From Eledone cirrhosa (Eukaryota): a stretch of DNA of 64,000 bases. The translations under genes were made by a program, and so were the position numbers. Location: contig OZ024742.1 of assembly GCA_964016885.1 (NCBI GenBank), positions 255,688,001-255,752,000 of the forward strand, in the 5' to 3' direction. The stretch's first letter is position 1. Each line of letters begins with the position of its first letter. Shown piece after piece: positions 40,060 to 52,732 of the stretch. Below the pieces are notes generated by a model that worked only from the letters and a program-made list of their open reading frames with translations, was not told where the DNA came from and did not search any database.

Positions 40060-41765
40060 CAGTCGACAACCGGATCAGTCCTACACGCGACAGCAACTGT
40101 TAGACATAGCTTCACAACTCAGCAATGCTCGGGCACTGAACGAGTGCGTGCACGACGGTTTCGTCGCTCTGCGTGTATCTCGGCCATGCTCGGCTGACGG
40201 TACTTCCATGCCTGTAGAGCTTATCTCGAACCGGCAACGCTTCCGGTAGCACTGCCAGCCCAGGGATTTCTGGAAGTTATCCATAGGCCCTGGACTGAAA
40301 GTTCTCCGGAAGAGAGCAAACAGCTGATCTTCGACGCCCAGAATCTCTCCGAGAACGTCGGCGCTCTTCCCCTCCACTAGTTCTCTATAGAACGCCGAGG
40401 TGGATGTTCCACCGATACTGGTGCCCAGCTATCAGAGGGCAGTGAGCGCCTGGAGACATTCCAGTTTCCAATCGCTATCCCTCGGTCTTTTTCTGACCCA
40501 GGACTGCAGCTCCGTCAAGGAGACGAGCTGTGGCACAACGTGCCTGGCGAACGGCGACCACACCTGTTCACCATCAAGGAAGCACCAGAGGTGTCGCAGC
40601 CTCAGCGCATGTTTGCGCATCATCAGCCATGGCATGCCCAGTCCTCCACGCAACGGGTGTTGACAGCAGATGGATCGTCTGACCATGAGATCGCGTCCCT
40701 CCCACAAAAATCGGAAGAGGAGGCGCTCCATTTTGGTGAGAGTTGGGCTGACGGTGAGGCGGTAGCAGATGACTGATGCGACGTACGCATACGCCACCTC
40801 CGCTCGGCCTTTCAGGGATAGCTTCCTCTCGGCCCATTTCAGGGTGAGGGAGGTCACCCTGCTCGTCACCTTGTTCCAATTTTTCTCCATCTGGAGGTCT
40901 GGTCCGAACCAGACCCCGAGCAATTTAACCGGTCCATACGTCCAAAGCCCCACGACGCTGTCGGACGGCATGGACTTGCCTCTCCAGGTGCCGAGCTGCA
41001 AGCCCACCGACTTTTCTTGGTTTATCTTTGCTCCTGTCACTGCTCCGTATTCCTTGAGAGCAGTGCCGAGCATTTGGACGTGTCTGGTGCTCGACACCAC
41101 CACGGCGACGTCGTCAGCGTAAGCTGAATCGGATTTCCCGCATCCTAGTTCGCGTGGGACGCCCCTCATCGCTCCCAGTTTGTGCAGTAACGGCTCGAGA
41201 GCCAATACGTACAAGAGGGACGAGAGGTGACAACCCTGGCGGACTGAGCGCATGATGCTGAACGGCTGCGACAGGTGACCGTTCACCCTCGCAACTGAGC
41301 AGATGTCGATGTACATTGCTGCGATCCAACCCGTGAAAACAGGCCCGAAACCGGCTGCCTCGAGGACCGCCGCCAGGTACCGATGGTCGACCCTATCGAA
41401 TGCTTTGGATTGATCCAAGTTGATCATGGCCCCACCCGTGCCAGGTTCCTTAACCATCCTCTCTATGATGTATCGCATGAGGTGGAGGTTGTCGTGTATG
41501 GATCTGTCCGGAATGGCGCATGTATGCTCCTCTCCCACCAGACCCTTGACAACAAGCGCCAACCTCGTTGCTAACACCTTTGGCCAAAATCTTGAACTCT
41601 GCGTTTAGCAGGGTAATGGGCCTGAAATTATCGATAACATACCCCTTGTTCGGGTCTTTTCTCAGCAGCGCCACTGCTCCCCGGCTCACAAAACTGGCAA
41701 TGCTCCCGTTCTGCTGTCAGTTGCAGTAGACGTCTGTCAAGAGGTCACCGAACAAGTCTGGCCTA
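40060..41765 (-). pseudogene. Second Tx1/L1-like LINE RT fragment
   Basis: ORF 40432-41577 contains LDQSKAFDRV, VRQGCHLS, AYADD and KLLGVWF. Confidence 0.9.
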
Positions 41766-41774
41766 AATGCATAA

Positions 41775-42722
41775 TAACTCTGAGATGGAATGTTGCTGAA
41801 CAAAAAGAAATTGATAGGAACACTAGGAAGCTATTGACTATCTACAACATGTTCCACAAAAGGAGTGATGTCGATAGAGTCTACTTAAGGAGATCTGAAG
41901 TTGGAAGAGCTCTTATCAGCAGAGAGGATTGTGTTCAGATGGAGAAAAACAACCTACACAAATACGTGGCTGATAGTAGGGAGCCAATGCTCAGAATTGT
42001 ACTGAAGGAGAGGACAATAGACCAGGGGATGTCCAAGGAGGAAATAACAACAAGGAGAAAGAGCAACCTTCATGAAAAATCCCTTCATAGTGCCTTCTTT
42101 GAGAAAACTGAAATTAGAGATCCAGAGACATGGAACTGGTTGAAAAGAGGAGACCTTAAAAAGGCTACAGAAGGAATGCTAATGGCTGCGCAAGAGCAGG
42201 CCCTCAGGGTGATCCACTGGTACCTATGCAAAGTAAATAATTTACCACAGTCTGAGAAGTGGTATGAGCATAAGCCAGAGTCAGTGATGGAAAACGATCA
42301 GGTGAAGGTGCTGTGGGATTTTAGGATACAGACGGACAAGAAACTGGAACACAATAGACCTGAACTGGTGGTTTTGGACAAGGGGAAAAGATCGTGCCTG
42401 ATTGCGGATGTAGCCCGCCCATTCGACATGAGAGTGCAAGAGAAGGAGAGGGAGAAAATTAACCGATAGCAGGACTTAAAGTGGGAGGTAAAAAGGATTT
42501 GGAACTGCCATGAGGTCAAAGTGGTCCCGATTGTCATAGGCGCACTAGGTACTATCTCAAAGAATTTCCAAGGATGGTTAAAGAAAATTTGTCCCGACCC
42601 GCCTTTTGGAACTCTTAAAAAGGCATGGTTGCTGGGAGCAGCAAGAACCCTCCGATACGTCCTGATATCTGAGGCTGCAGGTAGTGGCTTGATATTCATT
42701 TCAACAAACTTTCCAGTTAAAT
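41775..42722 (+). mobile_element. R4/Dong-like (RLE endonuclease) non-LTR retrotransposon 3' fragment
   Basis: TEGMLMAAQEQAL, WYEHKPESV, VLWDFRIQTDKKLEHNRPELVV, VVPIVIGALG. The CCHC region is missing and there is an internal stop. Confidence 0.85.
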
Positions 42723-42724
42723 AA

Positions 42725-42908
42725 CTGTTTCTACTATTAGCACAAGGCCAGAAATTACCCAGTGCATTACTGGTACTTTATTTTATCGACCCCGTAAGGA
42801 TGAAAGGCAAAGTTAACCTCGGCTGGATTTGAACTCAGATCGTAAAGGGACGTAACTATGCTGGAAAGCATGACGTCCGACCCTCTACCGATACTGCCAA
42901 TCCACCTG
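42725..42908 (-). mobile_element. Same tRNA-derived SINE, inserted in the R4/Dong 3' end
   Basis: Collinear with the other copies, and gttaaataac is duplicated around it. Confidence 0.8.
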
Positions 42909-43185
42909 CCATGTTAAATAACATCAATGCCAATCCACTTTCCAGTTAAATAACATCAATGACTGAGACTCAAAGAACAACAATAATAATAATAATAATA
43001 ATGATTTCTTTATTGGCCACAAGGGCTGACATCAAGAAAAACATTACAAACGGCACAGGACGGTACGATGTGGGTTTTGTGCGTGTAAAGATTTTTATTA
43101 TTTATATAAGAAAAGAAATAAAAGACATAGTAAGATATATATATAAACAATAAAAATGAAAATTGAAACAATGAAAAATTCCCCA

Positions 43186-43370
43186 ATTGTTTCTACATTT
43201 GGCACAAGGCCAGCAATTATCCACTGCATTACTGGTACTTTATTTTATTGACCCCGTAAGGATGAAAGGCAAAGTCAACCTCGGCGGGATTTGAACGCAG
43301 ATCGTAAAGGGACGTAACTATGCTGGAAAGCATGGCGTCCGATTCTCTACCGATACTGCCAATCCACCGA
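43186..43370 (-). mobile_element. Same tRNA-derived SINE
   Basis: Collinear with the other copies. Confidence 0.8.
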
Positions 43371-43384
43371 GATAATAATAATAA

Positions 43385-46049
43385 TAATGGTTTCTTTATT
43401 GGCCACAAGGGCTGACACGAAGCAAAACATTAGAGACGGCACAGAACAGTACAGGACGATACAAAGTGGGTTTTGGATGTGTAAACAGGTTATAACAAAA
43501 TCGGGCTAGAAATTAAAAAAAACAACAATTCCCCAAAAAGACCACGGCCACCCTGACCACCAGGGCAAGCGCCCTCTCTCAATTTTCCACTCCTCAGTCT
43601 ACAGTCGTATACTCAGAGCGGGCCTGTTCACTCGGACCAGATTCGCCACTTTCACACACCTTTCAATAAACTTACTAGATAACAGCACTTGCCTCTCCAC
43701 CCTGATTTTCCTCTTCAAGTGAAACTTGAAAAAGTTAATCAGGGATTGGCCGAAGAGGAAAGTGTCCGTCTTCAACCCTTTCAATCGTGTCCACCACACA
43801 ATCTCTTGCGCCATGGCCACCAGGCAGATAAAAACTTCCTGCTCTTCCTCCTCTTTATAGGAGGATGATGGGGCTATCTGCACAATGGATTCAGTCGATA
43901 ACCGGATCCGTTCTACACGCGACAGCACTGTTCGACATAGCTCCACAAGTCAGCAATCCTCGGGCACTGAACGTGTGCGTGCACGACGGTTTCGTCACCC
44001 TGCGCGCATCTCGGACAAGATCGGCTGACAGCACCTTCGTGCCTGTTGAGCTTATCCCGAACCGGCAATGCTCCCCGGAAGCACTGCCAGGACAGCGATT
44101 TCTAGAAGTTGTCCATAGGCCCCGGTCTGAAAGTTCTCTTGAAGAGAGCGAACAGCTGATAGTCCTCGACGCCCAGGGTCTCCCCGAAAACGTCGTCGCT
44201 CTTTCCCTCCACTAGCTCTCCATAGAACACCGAGGTGGATGTTCCACCGACACTAGTGCACAACCGGTAGAGGGCGGTGAGCGCTTGGAGACATTCCAGC
44301 TTCCAAGCGCTATCCCTCGGTCTTTTCTTGATCCAGGACAGCAGCTCCGTCAAGGAGACGAGCTGGGGAAAAGCGCGTCTGGCAAACGGCAACAACACCT
44401 GTTCAACGTCAAGGAAGCACCAGAGATATCGCAGCCTCAGCGCATATTTGCGCATCATCAGCCACGGCATACCTAGTCCTCCATGCAACGGGTGTTGACA
44501 GCAAATGGATCTTCTGACCATGGGAGCACGTCCCTTTCACAAAAAAGCGGAAGAGAAGGCGATCCATTTTGGTCAGAGTTGGGCGGGGGCAAGGTACGAC
44601 GGTCAGGCGGTAGAAGATGACGGACGCCATGTACGCATTCTCCACCTCCACTCGACCTTTCAGAGACAGTCTCCTCTCGGCCCATTTCTGGTATGGTGGT
44701 CTTCTCCTTGATTCCAGCCACTACAGATGCGGCCAGTCAATGTATAGGCACGTCAGGCAGGAACTGTGTCACTTTGACACTCACAATTTTTTGCCCGCAG
44801 TAGGAGAGTACCAAGACTATCTCCGCACTGTTTAGTGTTTCCAAAGTGTGAGACTTTGCCTCTTGGGTGGTGGCAAAATGCACGTCTACTGTGGCGCACC
44901 TTTTGCCTCGGGTGATATGGGTTTTGCGCGCCCAGATGCACCCCACAGCCTTTTGGATTTGAGCCTCCGTGACTCTCTCCACCCGATGTGACATTTTGCT
45001 TACGGTGCGGTAAGTCACCGTGCGCAGCTGCTGGTCTTTGAAAAAATCGGGTGGAGGATTCAGGAAAACTCTATTATCATTTCTAGTCACCATGGCTCTT
45101 GCGACTGCCATCTCTTCCTCCGTGACTAGCACTGTCTCTATATTTCAAACCACTCCTGCGAAAGAAGTGGCCCCTTTTTCAGCGGCACAATTTATTATGC
45201 CGCTACTGCTGCTACTGGTCTTGTTGTTGGTGCTGCTGCTGTTGCTACTGCTACAAGCGGTGTTGTTGGTGTTGTTGCTGTTATCACTGTTGTAGTTGGT
45301 TGTGTTTTTGGTGCCACCGTTGTTGTTTTTTTCGGTGCAATTTGTATTGTTGCTGTTGGTGTTGTCGTTGTTTATTTTCTTGTTAGTGGTGTTAATATCG
45401 TTGTTGCATTTGTTGTCATTTTTTTCTGTTGTCTGTATTTTGGTTGCCGCTGTTATTGTTGTAGTTAGTGTGGTAAATTTTTCACAATTAGTGTTCTCAG
45501 TGTTGTTCACGTTGTTTGTGGTGGTGTTTGTTGTATGAATTTCACTAACCTTCCCCTAAACTTTTAAGCCGTTGTCACACGACAGCAGACATATTGTTGG
45601 GGGCGTGGCTCAGCCATATTTTTTTTTAAATACTGTTTTTAATAGTAAAATGTTCAAATATTTGGGCCAAAAAGTCCAAATATTATACTTTCCCCTTCAC
45701 AGGGCAAAGTATAATATTAAGGGGTGAGTATAATATTTGCACCTTTTGGCCCAAATATTTGAACATTTTACTATTAAAAACATTATTTAAAAAAAACATG
45801 GCTGAGCCACGCCCCAGCAATATGTCTGCTGTCGTGTGACAACGGCGTAAAAGTTTAGAGGAAGGTTAGTGAAATTCATACAACAAACACCACCACAAAC
45901 AACGTGAACAACACTGAGAACACTAATTGTGAAAAATTTACCACACTAACTTATATCCCTTACACAACAAGAAATATTTAACAACAAATAATTTTAACAG
46001 GCAAATCAAGCGACTTACTGGGAGCGAGCAAAAGACGTCCGATTAGACC
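43385..46049 (-). mobile_element. Third Tx1/L1-like LINE, internally deleted (5' UTR + ORF1 start fused to the ORF2 C-terminus)
   Basis: 43599-44690 is homologous to 36060-37040 and 40060-40840. An ORF1-like frame lies at 44737-45510. (AAT)n flanks both ends. Confidence 0.75.
45463..45951. repeat. ~490-bp near-perfect palindrome within the LINE 5' region
   Basis: Arms of about 230 bp, with a small nested hairpin at the centre (about 45681-45716). Confidence 0.9.
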
Positions 46050-46055
46050 AATAAT

Positions 46056-46285
46056 AATAATAATACAAGCACGATTTGTTAAGCCTTCATTACGTTTATA
46101 GATTGGTGACGCGCGTTTCGCTATTGATCAGCTCAAGATCCGATCTGTATCGATCTGGCTCGACTCTAGAATCAAACGCTCGTAGGACCTCTGCTGTTGT
46201 AATGACAGAGCTGATCAATAGCGAAACGCACGTCACCAATCAATAAACGCAATGAAGGCTTAACAAATGGTCCTTGTATTATTAT
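46056..46285. repeat. ~230-bp palindrome (MITE-like or fold-back)
   Basis: atttgttaagccttcatt...gctattgatcagctc / gagctgatcaatagc...aatgaaggcttaacaaat. Confidence 0.85.
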
Positions 46286-46598
46286 ATTATTATATTACAT
46301 TCTGTCCAGCTCTACACCTCGCCACTAACATGAACCTAAACATCGATGCTCACCTGGGTAACCTACAGTAACCTAACGTTGCACTCCCTGGAACTATATA
46401 TATATATATATATATTTAATACATTAACAGAGAAAGCCTTAAGCGATACTCTGACCAACTCCATCTCACTCACCAAACATTAGGATATACCTAAGTATTT
46501 TCCCAATTTAGTGTTTGGGGTGCTAACTAATCAGTATTTCGTGGATAGCTGGTTGTATTATTTAATATGAGACATAATTAAATAAATATCTCTTTCCT

Positions 46599-46722
46599 TC
46601 CAGACGGCCGTTTCGTTATAAGATTTCTACAATTTGGGATAAATAATTTCCAGGTTATGTAGAAACTTGTATATAATCCATAGTTTTATACACAAGCAGG
46701 CTCTTATAAACTCATCAGTGGA
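46599..46722 (-). ncRNA. Hammerhead ribozyme with ~95-nt branched stem II (diverged solo relative of the 55-59 kb array)
   Basis: tcca-CTGATGA-gt-ttataag...cttataa-c-GAAA-c-ggcc-g-TC-tgga. Confidence 0.85.
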
Positions 46723-46877
46723 TGCCCAAACAATATCGATATAAGAATTACATCGACATTAATAGATTAGTGATGGTCTCCTTCAGCGCTAAAAAGAGAC
46801 TAGTAGATTCGAAAATCCAGCAGTCCTCTCAAAGATAAAATACACGCTGCCTTCAAGATATATATATATGTGTGTGT

Positions 46878-46923
<46 letters not shown>

Positions 46924-47399
46924 AGGTGTGTCATGGCTAAAATATTAAGCCACCTCACTAAATGTTTTAATTTCCCTATCATTGTAAGCTCTTGTCTCAT
47001 CTCCTTTGTTCTTTGCAAACTATTTGTCATAATTTCAATCTATTGCATCATCATCATAATCATTATCTACATATTTTTAGCACAGTACTTTGTTAGTTAA
47101 AAGGCTGTTAGTTTGTTTTAATGCATTGTTTTTGACAAGAGTGTTTACATCGAAGATACACTAACAATTATCACGTTCTGACATACAAAGAGCCCAAATG
47201 CGATACAGGTTTCTGAGAATGATTTGTAGCAAGTCAACAGCATATAAGGGTTTTAATAAATACAGAATTTGTGGCTCATCAAAAACATCACCTGTCGTTT
47301 ACCTACAGCTTCCTGCAAAAAACAAATAAATAAGACAAAAACAAAACACACACACACACGCACACACACACAGCAAGACATTGGATATAAAAACGATGC

Positions 47400-48056
47400 A
47401 CCTAACATTCACTAAAAATATCTTGAATATACTATTGGAGAGAAATGGGACCAAGCTATGTTTCCCGACGAATCAATAGTGCAGTAGATTGTAGTATGCA
47501 AGTACCGTTTCTGACAGCCTTTTGGAAACATACATGATTAGAAATATATCGTTGAGAAAATGAAGCAGCCACCTAGTCATATATTTTGAGGCTTCATTTC
47601 GAAGTCTGAAACCACAGGATTATATTTCTTATACTCCGGGACAACGACATCTATGAATGATAAAATCTAAGTGGACAATTTGAAAATATGCATAATTTCT
47701 GCAAAAGTACCTTGAAAATGTTAAGAAGGCAACACAAGAATAGCCTGGAAGTATCCCTGACTCAATCTTATTCTTAATTTGTGAGAATATCTGAAGAATA
47801 AAGTTGCAGACAAATAGTGAACTTTAGCAAATTCCTTAGTGAAGGTGATTAAGGAAGTATGGATTAGAGATCATTCACAGGAATATTGCAAGGTCCTTAT
47901 ATCAGCATGCCTCGGCGTATTCAATCGGCCATCAAGGAAAACGGTGAACAAAAACTTGATATTTTATAACGAAATTAATGCCTGGATATTTTTATATTTA
48001 GGGAAGGTCATATTGTTATAATATTGCCAGAAATAATAATAAAATGCAGACACTGT
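47400..48056 (+). pseudogene. Tc1/mariner transposase remnant
   Basis: Decayed motifs: WDQAMFPDES (FSDES), ILRDND (QQDN), PDS/SPDLN-like and SMPRRIQSAIKENG. Confidence 0.7.
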
Positions 48057-48379
48057 TTGGTTTGGATTGCTTTCCGCATCTGTATCTTGTATATCTCTAT
48101 AGTTAATTTATCTGGCCACCAATGTTTATCATTGATTGACCAATGTCTGGATACATGTCTTGAATACATCTGATGCTTTCAAATGAGTTTTAAATTCCAT
48201 TTTCCTTTTATAAGATATTTAATATTGTTTGTGAACATATTTGGATGGTCCGGAAGTTATGACCACGGATGTATATATATATATATATATACACACACAC
48301 AGACACACATACACACACAGAGAGACACAGACAGGCAGACAGAGAGACCCCCCCCCCCCCATATATATATATATATATG

Positions 48380-48935
48380 TATTAGTATTGCTGCTCTGAA
48401 ATAGCGATGTATATATGAATGTATGTATATTATATTTGATAATATACTGTATGTTTAATTAAATACATTTTGAAGACAATTCGCTATGAATTTTAAAGTA
48501 GTTATTATATCAATTATTTATTCACGGCATAAACAAAGGGGAGTAATCGACACTCCAGTTTCTCATTCGTTAGCGATTATCAAGAATACTTACACCTTCA
48601 CTTCTGCAAATGGAGATATAATAGATGGATACTTATAGAATTCCATTAATGTTTAAGAGCTGACTAAACAGAGCAGTTGCCGGTTCAGCAAACATTAGGT
48701 ATTAATTAGTATTGGTGATCTGAAATAGCAATGCATATATGAATTTATGTACAGTATAGTTGATAATTACTGTATGTTTAATTAAAATCAGCTCTTAAAC
48801 ATTACTGGAATTCTATAGGAATCCATCTTCTATACCTCGTCTTTGTTTTTGCAGAGGAATAAGTGACATAGTCATTACTTGAAAATTCATAGCGAATGGC
48901 CTTCAAAATGTTTTTAATTAAACATACAATATATT
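48380..48935. repeat. Diverged tandem + inverted copies of the 13785-14412 repeat
   Basis: attagtattgctgctctgaaatagcgatgta at about 48381 and 48705, with an inverted part at 48785-48935. The HHR core is decayed. Confidence 0.75.
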
Positions 48936-49585
48936 ATTATACAATATATAAGTTGTAACAAAATATTTATAGAATATCTTACCTTAAAATTAAAAATAAT
49001 AATCTATAATGAATTAAATTAAATTATATACATTTTTAATTAAACTATATATGTGATTGCTATAGAAAGTAATCTATATTGATTAATTTTGATGTAATAT
49101 ATAAGTATAATTAGCTAAGGCATAATCAAATACTAAAGATATTCAATTATTTAGTTGAATTGATTGGATGTCCTATTTGATCCAATATTTGAAAACAACG
49201 GTTTTTTCTATATCCCGCTCTATTTGATGTTTCCTTTATTTTCTTTACCCCCCTCTGTTCCCTTTACTTTCCTTACACCTTCCCTCTTTTGTCGTTATTC
49301 CTATTTTCTTTTTTATATATTTCTTTTACTCATTCATCCTTTTATTTTTTTATTTTTTATTCATTTATCTCTTTGTGTATGTATTTATGTATGTATTTAT
49401 TTATTTTTTCTTGCCTTTCCTCTTCTTTACACCCTCTCTCATATCTCTAATTCGCTCTAAGTTCTTTTCTTCTTTAAGTTATCATATTATTTGTAAACGT
49501 TGAGATTTGATGAAATAAATCACTGCCAATACTGGAATTGTATAATCAAGACCGTAGCGGTATGTCATATATCAAATCATATATT

Positions 49586-49643
49586 TTATCTGATGAAGAC
49601 GTACTGAAAAAACAACACAGTACCTTGGAAATATATATAATAA
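49586..49643 (+). ncRNA. Hammerhead ribozyme (same pLTR family as 9518-9754)
   Basis: ttat-CTGATGA-agac-gtactg-(11 nt)-cagtac-cttg-GAAA-tatata-TA-ataa. Confidence 0.65.
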
Positions 49644-49793
49644 TGCATATATTTTGATTATGTGAATATCCTTCATTTGTTAATATTTTGAATAATATTA
49701 AAAAACTCCAGGAAAACCTCTTTGTTGAGTGCTTTTAATCTATTGTAAGATTGTATTAATTGAGTAATCAACGAACCATATTAATCTTTGGTC

Positions 49794-49862
<69 letters not shown>

Positions 49863-50611
49863 AAACAATATAAACACATTAATGCAAACATACACAGTTA
49901 TATTAAGTTCACGCTCGGAGGAAATGGAGGAGGGTTCAACGTTTTGGACAGAAGTCCTTTATCAAGAAAGTCCGGATAAGAAAAGAACAGATAGATGTAT
50001 GAAGGTCGTGTGTGAAAGTTAGGAAAGGAAGTTAGGAAAATGGGGTTGGGAGTAGAGTAATAGGTAGGGCTTTAAAGGAGGCCGATTGAAGGGTGCATAG
50101 GTGTCAAGTATGTGATTTTGTGTGTGTGCCAAAAAGTAGAAATTGGTAGATGTGCATGGCTTCAGTCTGCCTGTGTGTTTCTGAACACGTGGGTGTCTCA
50201 CGGTCTTATCTAGTTGGTGTGTGTATAATGGTATGTCTGTGAGTTCTTAGTTTTTTTATTCATTATCCACGTGTGTGCATGTGAGTGCTTGTGTGTACGT
50301 CTGTGCGTGTATGGAGCGGGGGCTTTGTTTCTCTTGCTTCTATGTATGTGAGTGCGTACGTTTGTGTGTGTGTGTCTATTTTTCTGTCTGTCTGTGTCTT
50401 TTTTTCTATTGTTTCTATGTTTGGGAGTGTGTATCTTCGCGTGTGTGCCTTTGTGTGTGTGAGTTTGCACGTGTCTGTCTGGTGCCTGTGTGTATGTGTG
50501 TATGTTTGTATCCACGTGAACGCTGCGGTTGTTTGGTCAATAGTGGAAAGATTTTATGTACATATGTGTATGTTTATGTTTGTTTGTTTGTGTGTATGTT
50601 TATTTTGGTGT

Positions 50612-50648
<37 letters not shown>

Positions 50649-52652
50649 TGTGTGTGCGTGTGTGTGCACCTGTGTGCGTGGCTGTATGGTTAACGAATTT
50701 TCTTCCCAATCATGAGGTTACACGTTCAATCCCTCATCAGGCAAGTATTTTTAAAGACAGTTTTAAGTGAACTGGAGCCTTGTGTGTTAGAGTATTCACG
50801 TGTAATCCAGTTCAGAGCAGTGGTAGATATGTCGTTTGTGCTGAGCCAAGAAAGGTTTTGTTCAGGGAAGAAGTATGTGGGGGGGGGGGAGATAGTGGCG
50901 CACCCAGAACGGAAGTGATTTGGGAGGGAGCTGTGGTGGTAGTGTGTGTATGAGTATGTTTAGTAAATACGAGGCAGGGTGTATCTGTATTGGTGATAGA
51001 GAACGAAGATAGACGGCCGGTAAGGTGGTGAGAGGTTATTGGAGGGTGGTAGATCCTTTAGTAAGTTAATGCTGTTGATGGGGTGAACGAAGGGTTATAT
51101 GGGTGTGACAGGCAAACTGTTTGTCTATAGGTGTGTTGTTGGAGAGGTGAAAACTATTGTTAGTGGTGTTGCGTATGTGTGTATGGGTGGTGGATTGTTG
51201 AATGGGGAGGTAGAAAGTTTTATATATATATATATATATATATAACGAAAGCTTAGGCAAGGACTATTATTAAAGCGTAACGGATACCCGAACAGGGATG
51301 AAGAGTTCATTTCAGTAAGAATACGTCATCATAGTACATATATAGATATGACGGGCTCCTACAGTTACAATTTACTAACTTCTAATCAGAAGGCATTGTT
51401 AAACTCACGGCTCTAGAAGGCGTTTGATAACGTACTTCGCGGCGGAACTGATCACTGAACTACGTAGTTGCAATGCTAAATCCTTTAACAAATAGCTGTC
51501 TGCCCCTTTAGAGGAAATGTTGCATATTCATGAAAATAGATTAGGATAAATGAGCGCAGGTGGCAATAGAAATGATCGGAATCTGGAAATGAAGTCAAAC
51601 AAAACAAAAATAATCACAGGAATTCTACCTTCTGTTGTGCATTGCAGTGATCATAAAAATATATTCCATAATTTCTATCATAACGATATATCTCTTATTA
51701 CCTACCATATAGCTTTATCGCCTATTGTCTACCATTACGATATAGCTCCTATTGTCTACCATAAAATGTTATCGCTATTGAATGCCATAACAAAATATCT
51801 CTATGGGATATTATTTTTAGACAGACTAAACTTCATCAATTAGATTATAAAATGATCTAAACCATAAAATACTACTAAAGATTAAATTGTATAAAGATAT
51901 AAAAAAGATTAACAAAGATTATAGAAGATTAAAAAAATATATCTAAGTCTATTAATTCAAATGATATTAAAATGTATTTATACGCACAAAAGCTGACTTT
52001 ATTTGCATATATATACAAACATACGTATATATTCATACATTACATATACATACATATTCATACATACACGTATATATAAAAACCAAACTTACCATCTTCA
52101 ATTCTATTTTCAATCCTACTATTATCTATGGTCATGAATTTTGTGATCGAAAGAATACGATCACGAATACAAGCGACCAAAATGGGACTCTTCCGAAGTG
52201 TCTTTGGAATAGGGCTATTGCGTAGGCAGCGTAGCTTGGGAATCAGGAAATCGCTCCTGTAAAGCCCTTATTTTTCTGCATCAATGGACAGATTTTACAC
52301 GCAAAGCCAGCCGGTAGGAGACCCAGAGGTAGACTACAAGCACGACGATTGAATAACATCTTTGAAGTGGAATGGTCTCTCTTTGAGGATCCAACTGGAT
52401 CATTTAGAGATGGATGCGTTTGACAGGACCCACAAAATGGTGCGTTTAAGGACTCTGCAGAGTAAGTAACCGGGATTCTGCCAATATTTGTATAAATATA
52501 AACATTGCTTTATCAATTCAAAGAGAAGTTGGTAATTTAGAAATATATATACATGCAGACCACGAGAGTGTTTATGTGAGTAATATATCTTTTGTTTCTA
52601 AATATTTACAGATATAATTGAAAACCGTGAAATAAAATTAAAAAGGCCCTTA

Positions 52653-52729
<77 letters not shown>

Positions 52730-52732
<3 letters not shown>

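Noticed and set aside
50695-50745. ctgatga on the - strand
   Set aside because: It lies in a decayed tRNA-like SINE head, with no stem II, stem III or GAAA box.
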